From the NCBI GenBank assembly GCA_019057385.1, contig JAHQJS010000003.1, positions 1 to 64,000 of the forward strand: 64,000 nucleotides of DNA, read 5' to 3'. This DNA is from Candidatus Borrarchaeum weybense. GTDB taxonomy: Archaea; Asgardarchaeota; Sifarchaeia; Borrarchaeales; Borrarchaeaceae. Position numbers and translations under genes: made by a program. Numbering within the stretch: the first letter of the stretch is position 1; every line of letters begins with the position of its first letter. Positions 58,829-64,000 of the stretch are shown here, piece by piece. The notes beneath the pieces are model-generated. The model was not told the origin of the DNA. It made no database searches and was given only the letters and a program-made list of their open reading frames with translations.

Positions 58829-58887
58829 GAACTTCCCTCCTATTGTCTTATCTCAAATAATCTGTTCTTGTTGCGACAAAACTTGTT

Positions 58888-59544
58888 TTAGGAAATAAGT
58901 TGACCGATCACCATACAGTGATCTTTATCAAAAGGTTTCAGACTTTCAATGTTCTCTTCCACTACGAAACCACTTTTTTTAAGAATATCAATTTCCTCTG
59001 AGAATATCTTAGATATCTCTTTGGAGGAATCTATACTTCTTGCTTTAATAGCCAGCATCGCAAAACCTCTTTTTTTAAGAAAAAGTTTTGCATTATCAAC
59101 TAAAATGATCGCCTGAGCAGGCTGGGCAACATCTTGATAAATCACATCTACAGGTCCAATAAACATCCTGTAAGTTTCTGGAAACCTCGCATCCGCTAAT
59201 ATTGGAATCATATTGGATCTGTTTTCACATACTCGTAACAAATCTCTCGTCGCACGAGGGGAAAATTCTACACAGTACACTATACCCTCTTGTCCTAAAA
59301 TATCTGAAACATGACTAGCTGTTGTGCCTGATGCAGCTCCCAAGTAAAGTACATGCATTTTTGGTTGGATAGGGATTTGTTTTAACCCTTTTCGAATAGC
59401 TGCAGCAAATTTACTACGATACGGATCCCATTCGCGAAATTCTTCCCCTTCGAATTGAAGTAAACGCTCCCCGTAGACGGTTTTCCCCGGAGCTAGATTC
59501 TTTGTTGCGATCCTTTTTTCTATAAAATGAATATTTTCGTTCAT
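58888..59544 (-). CDS. flpA: Fibrillarin-like rRNA/tRNA 2'-O-methyltransferase
   Basis: VYGE, WDPYRSK.AA, VLYLGAASGTT.SHVSD, DVAQP.Q. Confidence 0.96.
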   Translation of the reverse strand: MNENIHFIEKRIATKNLAPGKTVYGERLLQFEGEEFREWDPYRSKFAAAIRKGLKQIPIQPKMHVLYLGAASGTTASHVSDILGQEGIVYCVEFSPRATRDLLRVCENRSNMIPILADARFPETYRMFIGPVDVIYQDVAQPAQAIILVDNAKLFLKKRGFAMLAIKARSIDSSKEISKIFSEEIDILKKSGFVVEENIESLKPFDKDHCMVIGQLIS

Positions 59545-59546
59545 AT

Positions 59547-60800
59547 TTACCCCTCAGGCGGTTTTTTCTTCTCGTGCATTCTCTTTCCCTTGCCTTTCTT
59601 TTTCTTCTTCTTTTTCTTTTTCTTTTTTGCTTTTACTTCTTTTCTTACAGGTGGAGAGGGATATTTTTTCTCAATCTCTTCAATACGCTTCATAATTTCG
59701 ATAACTAATTCGTCTCCAATAAACTCGCCTGCGTAAGCATCTACTCTTGCTGCTATCGTTAGCTTTCCAGCTATCGCTCTTGCTATTTTACCTCGCAACC
59801 ACCACTTAGCATTGTGAATCTCAGGTTTCTGAAATAATACACCATGTTTCGGAGGTTTACTCCCAGTTTTAATGGCTCTAAATAGTGCTTTCTCCGCACC
59901 TAGGACTTGAACTGTGCTAGCGGGAAGACGTGCTAGTTCAAGAAGACCTCCTGCAATGCTAATAATTCGAGCCCCTAGTAGTGCGCCGACTATTGCAGTC
60001 ACATTTGGCGCAACTTCACGCATTGTAGTTTCAATATAGTGCTCACTTTCTTTCCTGACTTTGTATAAGTCATCTGTAATTCGTGCAAACTTAACAAGCG
60101 ATTCTAGATCTGCTTCATCCATTTCTGCTCCAATTGAGTTTTTAACATAACCCTCTATCTCTTTTGCCTTGTCTAAAGGTACGCCTGTTATTCTTTGAAT
60201 TTCCGAAACTAAAAAGCGATCGCGTGGACCCAATGCTCCTACTAATCCAACATATATTTCGTGATTTTCGACTTTATCCAATTCTGGAAAATGAAGACCA
60301 TACCATTCTCGGATTCGAGTTGAGAATAAATTTAACGTTTGATCGATATCATCTATAGCTTTAATCGCTTGTGCAACCATTTTATCTCTTCGTTCAGAGG
60401 CACGCTTTATCTTCTTTTGTGATTGCAGCAAACCTACTGATTGTAATATAAACTGGAAGTTATTGATCCCTTCTTCTTTTGCTATACTGAAGGACTGTTC
60501 ACGAAAATTTTTGAATATTGAATTTCCTTTTTCAGTTAACGTTTGAATATCAAATTGCTCCTGAATATTCCTTGCTAGTTTTTCGTCTTCAAGGACGATT
60601 TCTTGAACCTCTTTTTGCTTTAGTACACCTAGAACATCTTTTAATTCGTCAATAAGTTGTCCTGATTGAAGAAGTTCAATTTTTTCTACAATTTTCTCTG
60701 GCGTACTTGGAAAAAGCGCACGATAAATAATTTCGCTATTCTCATCGACCCCATAGATTCCTGCAACATTCTCCACAATATATGCACGTATTGATGTCAT
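59547..60800 (-). CDS. nop5: Box C/D RNP protein Nop5 (Nop56/58)
   Basis: REWYGLHFPEL, PASTVQVLGAEKALFRA, PKHG, GKIARAIA.K, Lys-rich tail. Confidence 0.96.
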   Translation of the reverse strand: MTSIRAYIVENVAGIYGVDENSEIIYRALFPSTPEKIVEKIELLQSGQLIDELKDVLGVLKQKEVQEIVLEDEKLARNIQEQFDIQTLTEKGNSIFKNFREQSFSIAKEEGINNFQFILQSVGLLQSQKKIKRASERRDKMVAQAIKAIDDIDQTLNLFSTRIREWYGLHFPELDKVENHEIYVGLVGALGPRDRFLVSEIQRITGVPLDKAKEIEGYVKNSIGAEMDEADLESLVKFARITDDLYKVRKESEHYIETTMREVAPNVTAIVGALLGARIISIAGGLLELARLPASTVQVLGAEKALFRAIKTGSKPPKHGVLFQKPEIHNAKWWLRGKIARAIAGKLTIAARVDAYAGEFIGDELVIEIMKRIEEIEKKYPSPPVRKEVKAKKKKKKKKKKKGKGKRMHEKKKPPEG

Positions 60801-61089
60801 TCAGATCCCATCTTCTATTATTAAGTTTTTAAGAACTTAATAGAATATCACGTATCTTTTGTATCTACTGGATTTTATTTCTCACGAGAAAATAAGGGTT
60901 TTTTCACCATTTTAATGTTTTTCCAAAAACTTATTTATCCTTTTAGAAAGCAATACTTGTTTATAATTCGAGAGAATAAATTATCTTATTCTAAATTATA
61001 TTTCACAATAGTGGGAGCGTAAAATATTTCTAGAAATTTGATTTCAAGAAATGTGTAGATACTCAAATGCGTTAAGAAGGAACTAATAA

Positions 61090-62445
61090 ATGATAGTCAC
61101 AGATTTGGTAAATTTAGCAAAAAAATCGGTCAAAATATTTAACGAACATGTTATTAAGGAAAACCTAGAACCACCAATGAGAGCCTATATTAGAGAATTT
61201 CCTACTAAATTTGAATTAACCGAATCAGGACACAGTTGTGGATTTTCAGGAGAAATAGTTCATAAACCGGACTGGTCTATGATAATATTTAATTTCATAG
61301 ACAAAATCAAAAAAAAGCCAGCCTTCGCACAACTTGCTCAATCAATTGCAGCAAGATATAAAAAGAACATCCAAGATCTGGCCGAAGGGTGCAATGAGTT
61401 AGCACAAGTCACTTTTTGGTTGGAGCGATTTATTCAGAAGATAATTTATAATAATTTAGATAAAGAACTTTCAGAAAATCAAATTATAGAATATGCTGTA
61501 TTGTTTAATTCTGATCTTGAATTAAATCCTTCAGAATATAATTACACTTTCTATTTAAACGGTATTTTCTTAGAATGTGAATCGGTAAAGATTAATGATA
61601 ACGTAATCATTAGAAAACCGCAAAAAGAGGATTTTGAATATACTAGAGATATTTTCTTCGATATTCCAAGACATCATCATATTAGAATTCCTTCATCAAT
61701 ACTGGAAATGAATATGATCGCTAAAGATAACAAAGAATGTAGAGCCTACGCCAATAGAATACTTAACGCATTAAGGCTATATAAACTGGGTTCAATTTAC
61801 CCTATTAATCAGATTGAAACTAGAAAGTCTATCATTTGGGGAGGTTCTCAAATAAGTTGGAATGGAAATTATACTTCCATCAAAAATTATACTGTAAATG
61901 AAACTGAACTTAAAGATTTTATTGATATTGTTATTGAAATTGAACAGAAATTGAATTTTAACAAAAAAGAAAAGAAAAATTGGGGGCTCCTTATTTCTCT
62001 TGAAAGATACAACTCTGCTCTTCTAGAATCTTTAGATATTGATCGAAAAGTAATGACTACAATTATGGGATTAGAATCTTTATTTTCTCTTGAAAAGGAT
62101 AGGGGCGAAAATGCGTATAAATTGGGCGTTAGAGTTGCGAAGTTACTCGGATTTATGAGACCGGATATTGAAGAAGTAAGAACATTGATAGAAAGTGGGT
62201 ATAAATTCAGAAATGATGTTGTTCACGGTATGTATATTAAACAAAACCAAAGAGAGAAAATGGAAAAAAACCTCCTGAAACTTCTCGACTATCTAAGAAT
62301 GTCTTTAATATTTTTTCTGATAAATCAACAACAAGGAAAAAATAAGTTAGTTGACATAATCGATAAATCACTAATAAGCGACAATTATGGCGAACAACTG
62401 AAAAGATTATTTCAAAACGGTATTATTATCTGTCCAAACATGTAG
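61090..62445 (+). CDS. ApeA-like HEPN domain protein
   Basis: C-terminal GLESLF...YKL..RVA.LL...YKFRNDVVHG (RxxxxH). Confidence 0.75.
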   Translation: MIVTDLVNLAKKSVKIFNEHVIKENLEPPMRAYIREFPTKFELTESGHSCGFSGEIVHKPDWSMIIFNFIDKIKKKPAFAQLAQSIAARYKKNIQDLAEGCNELAQVTFWLERFIQKIIYNNLDKELSENQIIEYAVLFNSDLELNPSEYNYTFYLNGIFLECESVKINDNVIIRKPQKEDFEYTRDIFFDIPRHHHIRIPSSILEMNMIAKDNKECRAYANRILNALRLYKLGSIYPINQIETRKSIIWGGSQISWNGNYTSIKNYTVNETELKDFIDIVIEIEQKLNFNKKEKKNWGLLISLERYNSALLESLDIDRKVMTTIMGLESLFSLEKDRGENAYKLGVRVAKLLGFMRPDIEEVRTLIESGYKFRNDVVHGMYIKQNQREKMEKNLLKLLDYLRMSLIFFLINQQQGKNKLVDIIDKSLISDNYGEQLKRLFQNGIIICPNM

Positions 62446-62550
62446 AAATCTCTAATAGATGAGTTTGAGTTATCTTAAATTTCAAACGACTCAGTTGAGC
62501 AAAAATAGATAATAATTAGTATAGATGTTTAAAATAAGTTAGTGGTATGA

Positions 62551-63612
62551 ATGGTATCTAAGATTAATCACTTTACCGATGCAGGAGAACTGTTTAGAAG
62601 ATTGGATACAATAGAAAGATTCCCAAATGTGCCTATTAAAACGGTATTGTTCATCTATGATTTCAGGTACAAATTATTAGACATCTTAGATAGAATAACA
62701 CCCCAGGAATATCAAAAATCGTCTTATAAAATTAAATTTGAAAACGATGATGTTGTCTTGTTAGATGTGAAGATCGTAAAAGATTTAGATATAATTTCAA
62801 GTGATAGGAGAAAAGTATTTCTTATAATAGATAAGAATAAGCCATTTTGTATTTTGATTACAAATTCTGAGGGAAATTATTTCAAAAAAGTATTATCATT
62901 TTTCAATAAACATTATCCGCTATTATCAAGAATTTTTTTACGCTCAAATGAAATAAAAGACTTATTAAACTATCTAGAGGAAAAAGAAGAAGCGAAGTTG
63001 ACCGTTTTAAGTTATGTTGTTAAAAGATACTATGTAAGGCCAGAGACAAGAATTGCCTATGAGAAAATCAGTTTTAGAGAAGTCTTTGATAAGGCATCAG
63101 ATGATTTTCTTTGGGTAGATAGTATTTATTTAGCAATTGAAAAAAGATCCAAGAGTAAAATTAGGATAAATAGACGAGGAGTCATATCATATTATAGGAA
63201 TTTAGATTATTCAAATATTCATTTGATTCTTATCTCTCAAATTCTTATTAAATACTCAAAAATATATACAAGTATCCTAATGGAAAGATCGAGAAGTCTT
63301 GAAAATTTAGAACCCCGACCAGTAAGGTTTTTTATAAACGAAGACGTCTTCAATTCATCAGAAGATATCGATAGGTTCTTAGAAGCTTTGCATAAATATT
63401 TGCTTAATTGGGGATATTCAACATTATTTAAAGAAAGAAACTACCTTTATCTCATACTTCACGATTATCAAACAGGTTCAAGTTACGATATTTTGATCAG
63501 TTCTCCTTATGAAATATTTGTTACTCCACAAACTCAAGTTACGAGCATTTCTTTTGGCGCTCTAGTCAACTTTCTTGTTGATAATTATGATGGAGTTGTT
63601 GAAAATGTCTAA
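62551..63612 (+). CDS. Hypothetical protein (putative defence-associated)
   Basis: 353-aa AT-rich ORF translationally coupled to the next gene. Confidence 0.7.
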   Translation: MVSKINHFTDAGELFRRLDTIERFPNVPIKTVLFIYDFRYKLLDILDRITPQEYQKSSYKIKFENDDVVLLDVKIVKDLDIISSDRRKVFLIIDKNKPFCILITNSEGNYFKKVLSFFNKHYPLLSRIFLRSNEIKDLLNYLEEKEEAKLTVLSYVVKRYYVRPETRIAYEKISFREVFDKASDDFLWVDSIYLAIEKRSKSKIRINRRGVISYYRNLDYSNIHLILISQILIKYSKIYTSILMERSRSLENLEPRPVRFFINEDVFNSSEDIDRFLEALHKYLLNWGYSTLFKERNYLYLILHDYQTGSSYDILISSPYEIFVTPQTQVTSISFGALVNFLVDNYDGVVENV

Positions 63613-64000
63613 AGATAATAATGAAGAATTAATGAGATTTAGAAAAATAGATATCAGCAACTATATCAAAGCGCTAAAATCTCTGATATGTTTAAGGAAA
63701 ATGATTATAAACGAGTTATCAGGTGAATTCTATTTTGGTAGTAAGTTAAATTACAAAAATAAACAAGGAGATCCTCAAACACCTGACTTTATTACAAAAC
63801 TAAGCAATACTGCATGGATAGGAGAGCTTAAAAGATCGCTTCCTGAACCTAAAAATTTTACTTCTGAAGAAGAATATGTCGAGAAAATTGTAGAAAAACT
63901 TATCGAACAGTTGCAAAAATATGATGAATCTTTTAAGGAATTAGATTCTTATCAGCATGATATTATACTAATGACTCCATCATTAGCAACAGATGCAATA
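63605..64000 (+). CDS. Putative PD-(D/E)xK nuclease, runs off the window end
   Basis: Not in the ORF track; ATG 63605 overlaps the previous stop; MSKDNNEE...QTPDFI...WIGELKRS...EQLQKYD. Confidence 0.65.
   Translation, partial: MSKDNNEELMRFRKIDISNYIKALKSLICLRKMIINELSGEFYFGSKLNYKNKQGDPQTPDFITKLSNTAWIGELKRSLPEPKNFTSEEEYVEKIVEKLIEQLQKYDESFKELDSYQHDIILMTPSLATDAI

Noticed and set aside
59547-59650. Poly-lysine tail of Nop5 as novel
   Set aside because: Lys-rich tails are usual in Nop5/Nop56/58 proteins.

Overview
AT-rich archaeal chromosomal segment, almost certainly from an Asgard archaeon. This rests on a gelsolin-domain protein, two Rab/Ras-like small GTPases, ribosomal protein eL22 and a divergent EF-2 paralogue, together with archaeal core genes (TFE alpha/beta, PAN, MBF1, NAC, Nop5/fibrillarin, Trm1/Trm56, A-ATPase B/D, Fae-Hps). 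The exact lineage cannot be resolved from the sequence. Non-coding RNAs are an SRP RNA, an adjacent tRNA-Ser(GCT) with a BHB intron in its variable arm, and an IscB omegaRNA. Three IS200/IS605-superfamily elements are present: an internally deleted tnpB mini-element, a TnpB-related gene, and an intact iscB. The most unusual region is 29.9-36.8 kb, which has three components. (1) A redox-linked small-GTPase locus: Rab-Pro-rich-pseudoglutaredoxin fusion, ferredoxin:thioredoxin reductase, active and inactive thioredoxin-like proteins, and a second Rab paralogue. (2) A MoxR AAA+/VWA pair joined by an apparent programmed -1 frameshift (G_GAU_UUU_UAG plus a hairpin). (3) A TFE-alpha gene with no canonical start codon, preceded by an in-frame uORF. 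The window ends in an AT-richer HEPN / unknown / PD-(D/E)xK cluster that looks like a defence island. All calls are by eye from motifs; no database searches were run.
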